From assembly GCF_963921235.1 (NCBI RefSeq), contig NC_086120.1:8804001-8868000 (forward strand): DNA of 64,000 bases. The letters are read 5' to 3'. Each line of letters opens with the position of its first letter. The first letter of the stretch is position 1. This document shows positions 1-13,400 of this stretch, one piece after another. This stretch comes from Mobula hypostoma (lineage: Eukaryota). A program made the translations under genes and the position numbers. The notes under the pieces are model-generated. The model saw only the letters and a list, made by a program, of their open reading frames with translations, searched no databases and was not told the DNA's origin.

Positions 1-3000
1 TTCGCCTTTTTCACCGCCTGCTGTACCTGCATGCCCACTTTCAATGACTGGTGCACAATGACACCCAGGTCTCGTTGCACCTCCCCTTTTCCTAATCGGC
101 CACCATTCAGATAATAATCTGTTTTCCTGTTCTTGCCACCAAAGAAGATAACCTCACATTTATCCACATTAAATTGCATCTGCCATGACTTTGCCCACTA
201 ACCTAACCTATCCAAGTCACCCTGCATCCTCTTAGCATCCTCCTCACAGCTAACACTGCCGCCCAGCTTCGTGTCATCTGCAAACTTGGAAATGCTGCAT
301 TTAATTCCCTCGTCTAAGTCATTAATATATATTGTAAACAACTGGGGTCCCAGCACTGAGCCTTGCGGTACCCCACTAGTCACTGCCTGCCATTCTGAAA
401 AGGTCCCGTTTATTCCCACTCTTTGCTTCCTGTCTGCCAACCAATTCTTCATCCACATCAATACCTTACCCACAATACTGTGTGCTTTAAGTTTGCACAC
501 TAATCTCCTGTGTGGGACCTTGTCAAAAGCCTTTTGAAAATCCAAATATACCACATCCACTGGTTCTCCCCTATCCACTCTACTAGTTACATCCTCAGAA
601 AATTCTATGAGATTTGTCAGACATGATTTTCCTTTCACAAATCAATGCTGACTTTGTCTGATGATTTCACCGCTTTCCAAATGTGCTGTTATCACATCTT
701 TGATAACTGACTCTAGCATTTTCCCTACCACCGAAGTCAGGCTTACCGGTCTGTAATTCCCTAGCTCCTCTCTCACTCCTTTTTTAAAAAGCGGGGTTAC
801 ATTAGCAACCCTCCAATCCTCAGGAACTATTCCAGAATCTGAAGAGTTTTGAAAAATTATCACTAATGCATCCACTATTTCTTGTGCTCCTTCATTAAGC
901 ACTCTGGGATGCAGACCATCTGGCCCTGGGGATTTATCTGCCTTCAATCCCTTCAATTTACCTAACACCACTTCCCTACTAACATGTATTTCCCTCAGTT
1001 CCTCCATCTCACTAGACCCTTGGTCCCCTACTATTTCCGGAAGATTATTTATGTCCTCCTTAGTGAAGACAGAACCAAAGTAGTTATTCAATTGCTCTGC
1101 AATGTCCTTGTTCCCCATGATCAATTCACCTGTTTCTGACTGTAAGGGACCTACATTTGTCTGAACCAATCTTTTTCTTTTCACATATCTGTAAAAGCTT
1201 TTACAGTCAGTTATATGTTCCATGCCAGTTTTCTCTCATAATCTTTTTTCCCTTTCTTAATTAAGCCCTTTGTCCTCCTCTGCTGGACTCTGAATTTCTC
1301 CCAGTCCTCAGGTGTGCTGCTTTTTCTGGCTAATTTGTCTGTTTCTTCTTTGGAATTGATACTATCCTTAATTTCCCTTGTGAGCTATGGGTGCACTACC
1401 TTCCCTGGTTTATTCTTTTGAGAAACTGAGATGAAGAATTGTTGTAGTTCATCCATGTGATCTTTAAATGTTTGCCATTGTATATCCATCGTCAATCCTT
1501 TAAGTGTCATTTGCCAGTCAATCTTAACTAATTCACGTCTCATACCCTTCTTTAAGTTCAGAACCTTTGTTTCTGAATTAACTATGTCACTCTCCATCTT
1601 AATGAAGAATTCCGCCATATCATGGTCACTCTTACCCAAGGGGCCTCGCATGACAAGATTGCTAACTAACCCCTCCTCATTACTCAATACCCAGTCTAGA
1701 ATGGCCTGCTGTCTCGCTGGTTCCTCGACATGTTGGTTCAGAAAACTATCCCGCATACATTTCAAGAAATCCTCTTCCTCAGCATCCTTACCAATTTGGT
1801 TCACCCAATCTAAATGTAGATTGAAGTCACCCATTACAACTGCTGTTCCTTTATTGCACGCATTTCTAATTTCCTGTTTAATGCCAACCCCAAACTCACT
1901 ACTACTGTTGGGTGGCCTGTATGCAACTCCAGCAGCGTCTTCTGCCCCTTAGTGTTATGCAGCTCGACCCATATCAATTCCACATCCTCCAGGCTAATAT
2001 CCTTCCTTTCTGTTGTGTTAATCTCCTCTCTAAACAGCAATGCTACCTGACCTCCTTTTCTTTCATGTCTATCTCTCCTGAATACTGAATATCCCTGAAT
2101 GATGAGCTCCCATCCTTGGTCACCCTGGAGCCATGTCTCTGTGATCCCAACTATATCATATTCATTAATAACTATCTGCACATTCAATTCATGCACCTTG
2201 TTACGAATGCTCTTTGCATTGACACACAAAGCCTTCAGGCTTGTTTTTACAACACTCTTAGCCCTTATACAATTATGTTGAAATGTGGCCCTTTTTGATT
2301 TTTGCCCTGGATTTGCTTGCCTGCCACTTTTACTTTTCACCTTACTACTTTTTGCTTCTACCCTCATTTTACACCCCTCAGTCTCTCTGCACTTGTTCCC
2401 ATCCCCCTGCCACATTAGTTTAAATCCTCCTGAACAACAGTTGCAAACGCTTCCCCTAAGACATTGGTTCCAGTCCAGCCCAGGTGCAGACCGTCCTGTT
2501 TGTACCGGTCCCACCTCCTCCAGAACTGGTCCAATGCCCCTGAAATTTGAATCCCTCCCCCTTGCACCATTTTTCAAGCCATGTATTAATCTGATATATC
2601 CTCCTATTTCTACTCTGACTAGCACGTGGCACCGGTAGTAAGTAATCCAGAGATTATTACCTTTGTGGTCCCACTTTTTAGTTTATCTCCTAACTCCCTA
2701 TATTCACCGTGTAGGACCTCATCCCATTTTTCACCCATATCGTTTTTTACCTGTGTGCACCACGACAACTGGCTGTTCACCCTCCCACTCCAGAATGTCC
2801 TGCAGCTGCTTGGAGACATCCTTGACCCTTGCACCAGGGAGGCAACATACCCTCCTGGAGTCTCATTTCCGGCCACAGAAATGCCTATCTATTCCCCTTA
2901 CCATTGAATCCCCTATCACTATAGCTCTCCCACTCCCTTTCCTTCCCTCCTGTGCCGCAGAGCCACCCATGGTGCCATGAACACGGCTGCTTCTGGTTCC

Positions 3001-3660
3001 CCCTGATGAGACATCTCCCCAAACAGTATCCAAAACGGTATATCTGTCTAGGACGGAGATGACCTCAGGGGACTCCTGCACTTCCTGCCTACTGCTACAC
3101 TGTCGAGTGGCCACCCATTCCCTTTCTGCCTGTGTAGCCTTTACCTGTGGTGTGGCCAACTCACTGAATGTGCTATTCACGACTTTCTTATCATCACGGA
3201 TGCTCCAGTATGAATCCAATCGCAGCTCCATCCACTGGCGGTCTGCCAGAAGCTGCAGCTGGACACATTTCCTGCACACATAGTCGTCAGGGACACTGGA
3301 AGTATCCCTGATTTCCCACATGCTGCAGGATGAACAAACCACTGGGCCGATCTCAGTTGTCATGACCTACCCAATATGCTGCAGACTCGCCGCCTTTCTT
3401 GCTTCAAATAAAATACCGCTGCAGGCCGTTCTCCTATTAAAGGAACTTACCCGGCCTTACCTCACTTGCAGTGAAGCTCGTCCTCAGCCTCTGTTCGCCG
3501 AAGCCTCTCGAGGCAAAGCCTACCTACTCTGTCTCCTACTACTCCGTCACTCGCTACAACATTGCCTGCTCCGTCAAACTGCTCTCATTTAAATACTCCC
3601 GCTGCCTCACCGGCTGACTTACACACGCTTGCACAGTCCTGCCCCATTCAACCGCTGAAG
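1..3660 (-). mobile_element. Near full-length CR1-type LINE (ORF1 with Zn finger and SGNH esterase; ORF2 with APE endonuclease and RT), frameshifted, cut by the window edge
   Basis: Minus-strand ORFs: VVCSSCSMW..YVCRKC and IVIGDSMVRG (ORF1); ITETW, GDFNL and SDH-like motifs (endonuclease); [27 protein letters not shown] and KFADD (RT). Confidence 0.92.
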
Positions 3661-6430
3661 AAAATGGATGCTTCTACCTGAGCATCCTCTGTCTGTACTC
3701 CTAATGCATGGCCCACTGCTTCTGTAGGAAGTAAATGCGAATAAGGCGGAACTTGGTCAGCTCTGGGACTGGTTGAGTTCAGTTTTACTCTGTTCTATTT
3801 TGCCAAAAGCAGTTGCAGTCCAAACTATGAGCTGATCAATTGTGGAATAATGATTGGAGAGTCAGTGAGGCAGAGGAATAACAGCAGATTTATTCTGCCC
3901 CTCTCTGGAAAAAACTGCTGAAGGACAGATTACACAGCTGATTATAATATCAATGACACTACAGGTAGTGAAATCCAGCATGTTACAGTGTCTGAGCCTG
4001 GATGGAATCCGTCCGGATGAGTGAGGATCGAGATTCACTGCAAGGTTTCTTCAGCAGCATCATTAACACAAATGACTTGCACCATCACAAAGGTCAAGAG
4101 AGACCAGCACTTGGGAACAAGATGAGCTGGATTCCACTTCCTCACCCCAGTGTCACTCATTATCCTGAATAGTTTCTTTGTTGTCTCTGCTATGGATACT
4201 TGAACCTCCAGCCCAATGTCACTGCCGAAGTACTGTACATACATGATACAAATTTTGGACAGTTGAGAAGGCAGCCCATCAGGAATGTCTTCTCCTAATG
4301 AAGAACGGCAACAAATTTTGTCCTCAACAGCAATATATACATCACTTTCATTGATACAAATGAGATGTCCCATCAGGATCCATTCATAGATTGTCCATCT
4401 ATACTTGCCCTAATTTGATACCCTGTGTCTAATTTTAAATTCTCATTATTTGTGTCATGTGCCTCTGTCTCTATTTCTCTGTCTCCTTTTTTAGCTTTCT
4501 ACTTGTAAGTCTTCAGTACATTTTCCATGCCCCCAACTGTCTTGTTGTCAAGACATCCAAATTTTCATAATTTTCACACAAATCTCTTGTCATTCTCTTC
4601 ATCCCCTTGCCTCTGTATTTTTTTTTATATAGGTCCTATGCTTTGATATCCCAAATGCTCCTTCTGAAGCTTGGTACACATTTAGACTGACTACAGTTCT
4701 ACTTGATTCCAAAAAGTAAAATTCTGAAGACCAGTTCCTGGTGGAGTCTACAATTTGATTTTAGCCCCTTGATTTCTTTCTTTTGGAGGGAAGTTTTAAA
4801 CTGGATCGGAAAAAGCTGCAGAAATTTGTAAACTTAGCCAGCTCCATCATGGGCACCAGCCTCGCCAGCATCCAGGACATCTTCAAAAGGCGAAAGCTAT
4901 TTTGTGCTGCAAGGATATTCATGATGTCAGAGACTGGTGGAGCATAATGAAATAATTAACTCCAGTGGGGCAATTGTCCTAAATGAAGCTCCAGCATTCT
5001 GCATCATTGACATTCGTTAATGATCACCCACTGGATAATGCAAACCAAGGTCATAAATCTGTGAATCCATAGTATCTCAAGTGGAGAAGAAATGGAGATA
5101 ATTAGATTCTGTGAAAATAGGAAAGAAACAGAAATAATACATATCTGTCTCCGCTACCAACTCTGGCAGTACATTCTTGGCATTCACCATTCTTTCTGGA
5201 AGCATATGCTCTGCAAATCTCCATTCAACTGAGCCCCCTCAACTTAAATGAATGTCCTCAAGTATCAGACACTTTTAACATGTGAAAATATACCAGACTT
5301 ATCCAATCACCCCTTTTCCCACCTGCCCTCAACTTTATGCAGCATCCTGGTAAACTCTTTTGTATCCTCTCTAAAGCCTCCCCATCCATCTCATATTGCA
5401 ATGACCAGAACTGAATGCAATAAATAGGGCAATGGATTCAAGGGAGATGTATGTCATTCATGATAGCCATCAATAAATGGATAGATTTACATAACAAAAT
5501 ATGTCTCTGCAATAATCGTTCAATGAGATGTACAGACCAAAAAGGTCCGTGTCGTGCTACCTGTTCTAAAATGGATCAATTGATCTTCCCCGGAGATTAC
5601 AGTACAGTAACTACAACCAGTGTCCCTGCTTCAGATTACAAGTTAAAGGTCAGCCAGCAGGTCCACACTCCTGCTCTCTGTCAGTGACCCTGACTGCTGG
5701 CTGTGTGAGGAGGGCAGCACTGGGTCAAATGGGTTCACTTGCTCTTGTCTGCCACACTCACTGTCTGGATTCCCATGGGAAGAAGGGTCTCTGGGTCAGT
5801 GAGAGTGATGCTCCTGATGCTCTCAGAGAAAGAGGGAGAATTGCAGCACACAAAGATTAATGCTGAGTGTTTTAACTTTGGGCAGAGGTGGAAAATTCCC
5901 TTATTCTATTCAGCTACTTCCTGTTGGCCCTTATTAGAATTAAGAGTTAATCCTGGCCTTGTCTGAAAAATGACAGTGTCGAGGCCAGGTTTTGGAAACC
6001 ATAGCGTACCCATGTTCATAGATGAAATGTTCGAACAAAACAAAGTCACCTGGTAAAGGGCAGCCACACTTCCTGTACCCAACACCAAGGGTAGAATTCT
6101 TTCATTGAGAGCATTTAATCTCGTTTGATCAACATCCAGGAAGTAATGTTGATGCATGAAGTATTTCAGAGCATTGAATTTTGACCCATTCCAGGCATTC
6201 AACTCATGAAGGTTTGCTTGATGTGCAACAAACACGGCTGAGAATGGGTTAACTGTTTAATGAACCATGTTTACCATGGGCACTCACAGGATATTCTCTT
6301 AGAAAAGTTTCTCGGTCTGGTTTCTTATGATTAATGCTGTGCCTCGACGGATGGTGCAGGACCAATTGATGTTTCTCATATGTATCAACAATTTGAATCA
6401 TAACATACAAGACATGATTAATAGTAAACA
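3660..6430 (+). repeat. Unexplained paralogous module, copy A (possible decayed Ig-superfamily gene relic; strand tentative)
   Basis: Blocks align by eye to 51790-54140 and 61990-64000. A CR1 3' fragment (about 5140-5400) sits at the same position as in copy B (about 52890-53160). No transposon protein recognised. Confidence 0.55.
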
Positions 6431-6439
6431 ATGAAGAAG

Positions 6440-7600
6440 ATCATTCATAATTACAGGGGCAGCTTGATCAGCTGGGGAAGTGAGATGAAGAATGTAAAAT
6501 AGAGTTTCATTTGGATAACATGACCGAGAGGTAACGTTGCAGCTAAATAGAACCCTGGTCAGACCCCACTTGGAGTATTCTGCTCAATTCTGATCACCTC
6601 ACTACAGGAAGGACTTGGAAACCATAGAAAGGGTGCAGAGGAGATTTACAAGGATGTTGCCTGGATTGGGGAGTATGCCTTATGAGAATAGGTTGAGTGA
6701 ACTCAGCCTTTTCTCCTTGGAGTGACGGAGCATGAGAGGTGACCTGATAGAGGCGTTCAAGATAATGAGATTTTTTGATCGTGTGGATAGTCAGAGCCTT
6801 TTCCCCAGGGCTGAAATGGCTAGCATGAGAGGGCATAGTTTTAAGGTGCATGGAAATAGGTAAAGGGGAGATGTCAGGGGTATGTTTTTCACGCAGAGAG
6901 TGGTGAATACGTAGAATGGGCTGCTGGCAGAGGTGGTGGATGGGGAAACAATAGGGTCTTTTAAGAGACTCCTGGATGACTACATGGAGGTTTCACAAAA
7001 TAGAGGGCTGTAGGTAAAGCCTAGGTATTTCTAAGGTAGGGACATGTTCGGCACAACTTTGTGGGCTAAAGCACCTGAATTGTGCTGTAGGTTTTTTGTG
7101 TTTCTATGTTTCTAAGTGCAAGGCATTGCATTTTGCAAGATCAAGTCTAGGTCAAACTTTCACATGAACATGGAGTGATGGTGAAGAGAGGTACCTTGGA
7201 GTGCAAGTACAAGCTTAACTGAAAGTGGAGTCACAGGTAGACTGTGTGGTAAAGAAAGCTTTTGGCACATTGGACTTCATCAGTCACAGCAATGAGTATA
7301 ACAGTTGGGAGGCCATGGTGCTGTTGTACAGGATGCTGCAATGGTCACACTTGGTGCATTATGTTCAATGCTGTTTGCCCTGCTGTTGGAGAGATATTAT
7401 TAAACTGGAAAGAATGCAGTTACTGCATGATTTACAAGTTGCCAGGACTTAAGGGACTGAGTTATAGGCAGAGGTTAGTCAGGTTAGAACTGATCACAGA
7501 GAGGTGTATATGACCATGAAGGGCATAGATGGGATGAACACACTCTGTATTTTTCCATGTTTTGGGGAATTAAACACAAGAGTACATAGATTTAAGTTGA
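6440..7600 (+). mobile_element. CR1 3' fragments, with a younger copy (about 6540-7115) nested in an older one
   Basis: Typical CR1 RT C-terminus and 3' UTR (TLVRPHLEY, LERVQRRFT and VDCVVKKAFG-like sequences). Confidence 0.8.
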
Positions 7601-7609
7601 GGGGGAACA

Positions 7610-8120
7610 CCTTACATTACCAAGGTAGGGCCCATCACCAACAGTGCTGAGACAGCCTACAGAGAGGAACTGGAAGAGGTCAAGACTGTTGCCAGGTAAA
7701 TAACCTCTTCCCAGATGTCAGCAAGACAAAGAAGATGATCAATTTCAGCAGAAATCGTACATCTCATTGACATCAGCAGCAGAGCAGTGGAAACTTCAAG
7801 CAGTTTCAAACTCCTGGGAGACCACGTCACACACTTGGTCCAAGAACACATCCTACACAGTCACAACAGCTCATACACACCTCTACTTTCTGAAGAGGCA
7901 AATGAGAGATGAACTTTGCACATCCATACTCACGTCATCTACAGCATACCCACCATCAAGGACATATATACAGAAAGGTGCCAGAAAAGTGCCAGTAAAA
8001 TCACTAAGGATCCCAGCCACTCTCCCCATGGGCAGTTTGTCCCACTCCCATTAGGGAGGAGCTACATGACATCCATACCAATACCACCAGACTCAGAAGC
8101 CGTCACTTTCCCCAAGCAGT
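7610..8120 (+). mobile_element. Degenerate Rex1/L2-type LINE RT 3' fragment
   Basis: Translates to KTKKMIIDF-like and LYFLKR..CTSILTSS motifs of Rex1/L2 RT C-termini. Confidence 0.6.
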
Positions 8121-8124
8121 AAGA

Positions 8125-8430
8125 TGGATCATGGTTAAAGCATCGGTCTAGTGATCTGAAGGCCACTAGTTCAAGCCTCAGCAGAGGCAGCATGTTGTGT
8201 CCTTGAGCAAGGCACTTAACCACACATTGCTCTGTGATGACACCGGTGAAAAGCTGTATCAGCCCTAATGTCCTTTCCTTGCATAGTATCGGTGGCGTGG
8301 AGAGGGGAGACTTGCAGCATGGGCAACTGCTGATCTCCGATACAACCCTCCCAGGCCTCTGCCCTGGAAACCTTCCAAGGCACAAATCCATGGTCTCACA
8401 ACACTAACGGATGCCTATAAAAAGGGTGGA
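8125..8430 (+). mobile_element. tRNA-derived SINE
   Basis: B-box-like GTTCAAGCC followed by GTGTCCTTGAGCAAGGCACTTAACC, typical of fish tRNA-SINE heads. Confidence 0.6.
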
Positions 8431-10439
8431 TCAACCCCTCTACCCACTAACTCCACCACTACTTTATATTTTTCTTGTCTGTTGCCTTATGTACAGCCTG
8501 GCATCACTTTATTGACATGCATTCAATCAATGTATAGAAGCTATCTTATGTATTTATATTAATTGTGTTTTTAAATTATTATTACTGTGTTATTTATCTT
8601 TTGTGGGGCCTTTGTGCTGCATCAGATCCCGAGTAACAATTCTTGTGTTTTCCTTTATACTCGTGTACAGGAAATGATATTAAACAATCTTGAATCATGA
8701 ATCTTTAAACTTGAGAGATAACTTACTTTACACAACAAAGTATAGCATCTTTGTGAAATGCACTGCCAGAGGAAGGGGTTGAGACATGTATACTGACAAA
8801 TTTTAAAGGACAGTTGGACAGGTACATGGATTGGAAATGTTTAGAATGCCATGGGCCAAACAATGGCAAATGGGACTAACTTGGATGGAGATTTTGGTTG
8901 GCATGGACCAGTTAGGACAAAGAGGCTGGTACATGTTGTATAACTCGGTGAACTTTATATATCCAGGATACCTCATCTTCAACATTTTGATGTCTTCCAA
9001 CTGCCGGGTCCCATCTAGCAGTTTTGAATTCATGGCCTTACCATTCACACGATACTGAAGTAACCATATACAGTACGCAACAGGGCAACAAAAGCAGATC
9101 AGATGTTCCTGTGGTGAGTAACTCACCTCCTAACTCATCAAATCCTGTCCAGCACTGACAGGGCTCAAGTTAGTAGGGTAATGGAATGCTCTCCGGTTGT
9201 CTGTATAAGGACAGCTTCAACAACACTCCAGAAGCTCAAAACGATATGTATTCATATGTGCCCAGCTATGCCTGTCTTATTGTTGGTTGTGTGGATCGGT
9301 CCTCAGTCCAAAACTTCTCATCCATACTTCCCCAACTTTTACCATTACATTGACAAATGCATCAATACCATATGCTGATTTTCAATAGAACTTGTCAATT
9401 TCACCATTTTTCCTACATCTAATGATCTGTTATCATCTGGCAGCATTTCTGGTGTAAGAAAGTAATAACTAAGGTCAGACACTGATCTACAATTTGCTGA
9501 GTCACAGATTTATTTCCCCTGGAGGCCTCTGTAAAATCATTCTGTAACAAGGAACTAATTCTAAATGCTGCAGTCCCCTCTTTTGTTTTTCCATGGGAAC
9601 TGATTAACACTTGCACTGAAAACTCCTTGTATGTTTTTTGTGTCTGTTTATTTGGAAACTTAACAGTCATGTGTTGTTGCTCAGCTTGTGATACAAAATT
9701 ATCTGCACTAGTAAACTTCATTGAAATATTAGAGTCTCTTGAATGACACACATTTATAGGACCTTGTTTGGTGACAGAAATGTTAGGGATAGATCTGTAA
9801 AAGCAACCTGTCAGAAGGAAACATTACAACAATGACAAAGGATCCCAGTCACCATTTCCCACCAAACATTCTTTCTATTTTTGTTTCCATTGCATCTCAA
9901 AATTCTCCACAAGGTTCACTGCCTGAATGTCTTTGTCCATGAGAATTCCTTTCCTAGTCTTCTCTTCTTCATGTAACTTTCCAATACATATCTGAAATAC
10001 TCTGAAGGTCCCATTGCACACTTTGATTAAACTATGGAGGAGATGAAGCTTTCAAGAAGCTGCTGGGAGAATGGCAGGTCTCTGGCTATGTTCCAGGAAA
10101 AGAAAGAACCATTGAAGTTTCATCATTAGTGACTGTGAATCACTCTCCATAAGTAGCATAACAGCCTGCCTGAAGTCAGAAAACATGAAAAGGACCTGAA
10201 TGAAACTCTTCATATAGTAGGTATTGCCAACATCAGGAAGTCCTATGTTTCTTGCATTGATCTTTTAGGAAGTCCAGAGTACAAAGCTTCCAATGTAGTA
10301 TTATGTGATATTCACACATTCTGACAGAGTAGCTGATTTGTTTTACCTCATTTGGAATTGAAAAATCCTTTAATGCTTGTATGACAGATTCATATAGGTC
10401 AGGGAAGGCTGAAAAGTAGAAGATCATGCAGTGCACAAG

Positions 10440-13400
10440 TTCAGATGTTTATTCTCAACAGCATATAGCAGAGTTGGACTCTTCTTTGGAAGGTGTTCTC
10501 ACTAATTTGCGAATGTGGAATGCTCTTCACATACTTGTAGAATGCCTTGGGGTTTTCCTTAATCCTGTCTGCCAAGGCCTTCTCATGGCCCCTTCTGACT
10601 CTCCTAATTTCTTTCTTAAGCTCCTTCCTGCTCACCTTATAATCTTCTAGATCTCTATCATTACCTAGTTTCTTGAACCTTTCATAAGCTCTTCTTTTCT
10701 TTTTGACTAGATTTACAACAGCCTTTGTACACCATGGTTCCTGTACCCTACCATCCCTTCCCTGTCTCATTGGAACATACAGTGACATGCAAAAGTTTGA
10801 GCACCTCGGTCAAAATTTCTGTTACTGCGAATAGCTAAGCGAGTAAAAGATGACCTGATTTCCAAAAGGCATAAAGTTAAAGATGACCCATTTCTTTAAT
10901 ACTTTAAGCAAGATTACTTTTTTATTTCCATCTTTTACAGTTTCAAAATAACAAAAAAGCAAAAGTTTGGGCACCTTGCATGGTCAGTACATCGTAACAT
11001 CCCCTTTGGCAAGTATCACAGTTTGTAATCATTTTCTGCAGCCAGCTAAGAGTCATTCAATTCTTGTTTGGGGGATTTTCACCCATTCTTCCTTGCAAAA
11101 GGCTTCTACTTCTGTGAGATTCTTGGGCCGTCTTGCATGCACTGCTCGTTTGAGGACTATCCACAGATTTTCAATGATGTTTAGGTCGGGGGACTGTGAG
11201 GGCCATGGCATAACCTTCAGCTTGCACCTCTTGAGGTAGTCCATCGTGGATTTGGAGGTGTGTTTAGGATCATTATCCTGTTGTAGAAGCCATCTTCTTT
11301 TCATCTCCAGCTTTTTTATAGACGGTGTGATGTTTGCTTCCACAATTTGCTGGTATTTAATTGAATTCATTCTTCCCTCTACCAGTGCAATGTTCCCCGT
11401 GCCACTGGCTGCAACACAACCCCAAAGCATGATCGATCCACCCCCGTGCTTAACAGTTGGAGAGCTGTTCTTTTCATGAAATTCTACACCCTTTTTCCTC
11501 CAAACATACCTTGCTCATTGCAGCCAAAAAGTTCTATTTTAACTTCATCAGTCCCTGGGACTTGTTTCCAAAATGTATCAGGCTTTTTTAGATGTTCCTT
11601 TGCAAACTTCTGAGGCCATATTTTGTGGTGAGGACGCAGGAAAGGTTTTCTTCTGATGACTCTTTCATGAAGGTCATATTTGTGCAGCTGTCGCTGCACA
11701 GTAGAACAGTGCACCAGCATTCCAGAACCTGCAAAATCTTCCTGAAGGTTTTTTGCGGTCAAATGGGGGTTTGTATTGCCTTTCCAGCAACCCTATGAGC
11801 AGTTCCCTCAGAAAGCTTTCTTGGTCTTCCAGACATCAACTTGACCTCCACCGTTCCTGTTAACTGCCATTTCTTAACTATATTATGAACTGAGGAAATG
11901 GCTACTGTACCTGAAAATGCGTTGCTGTCTTCCTATAGCCTTCTCCTGCTTTGTGGGCATCACTTATTTTAACTTTCAGAGTGCTTGGCAGCTGCTTAGA
12001 GGAGCCCATGGCTACTGATTGTTGGGACAAAGTTTGAGGAATCAGGGTATTTATAAAGCGTTGAAATTTGCATCACCTGGCCTTTCCTAATGATGATTGT
12101 GAACAAGCCATAGCCATAACAAGCGAATTAAGGTCTGAGACCCTGGTAAAAGTTATCTGAGAGTTTAAATCTCTTGGGGTGGACAAACTTTTGCGTGGTG
12201 CTCCTTTCCTTTTTTACACCCCAAAATTGTACAAAACAAAAATAAGACATTGATCTTGCTTAAAATGTTGAAAGGAATGTTTCATCTTTAACTTTATAAC
12301 TTTTGGAGATTAGTTCATCTTCTACTCACTTAACTATTCACAGTAACAGAAATTTTGACCGGGGTGCCCAAAGATTTGCATGCCACTGTACCTACACAGA
12401 ACTCCACACAAAGATCCCCTGAACATTTGCCACATTTCTTCCATACATTTCCCTGAGAACATCTGTTCCCAACTTATGCTTCCAAGTTCCTGCCTGATAG
12501 CCTCATATTTCCACTTACTGCAATTAAAGGCTTTCCTAACTTGTCTGTTCCTATCCCTCTCCAATGCTATGGTAAATGAGATAGAATTGTGATCACTATC
12601 TCCAAAATGCACTCCCACTGAGAGATCTGACACATGACCAGGTTCAATTCCCAATACCAGATCAAGTACAGCCTCTCCTCTTGTAGGCATACTTACATAT
12701 TGTGTCAAGAAACCTTTCTGAACACACCTAAACACCCCACCTCATTTCAACACCACGCTCCAGGGATATGCCAATCGATATTAGGGAAATTAAAATCTTC
12801 CACTACGACAACCCTATCGTTATTAAGCCTTTCCATAATCTGTCCCCTATCTGCTCCTCGATGTCCCTGTTACTATAGAGTTATTGACCCCTTCCTGACT
12901 TCCACCTACAGAGACTTCATAGACAACTTCTCCATGTCTTCCCCCTTTTCTGCAGCTGTGACTCTATCTCTGATCAACAGTGTCATTTCCCCAACTCTTT
13001 TGCCTCCCTCCCTGTCCTTTCTGAAACATCTAAAGCCTGGCACTCGAAGTAACCATTCCTGCCCCTGTGCCATCTAAACCTCTGTAATGGCCACAGCATC
13101 ATATCTCCAAGTACTGATCCACACTCTAAGCTCATTCGCTTTGTTCATAATACTCCTTGCCTTAAAATAGACACATCTCAAACCACCTGCCTGTGCACAT
13201 CCCTTCCCCATCACCTGCCTGTCCTCCCTCTTGCACTGTCTCCAAGCTTTCTCTATTTATGAGCCAACTTCCTCTTCCTCTGTCTATTCAGTTTTGTTCC
13301 CACACCCCAGCAATTCCAGTTTAAATTCTCCCCTATGGACTTTGCAAACCTCCCTGCCAGGATAATGGTCCCCCTCAGATTCAAGTGCAACCCACCCTCT

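Noticed and set aside
5960-6100. Resemblance to MHC class II alpha or IgH constant (DEMF..NKVTW)
   Set aside because: The same bases fit several unrelated motifs depending on the assumed frameshift, so this is not diagnostic.
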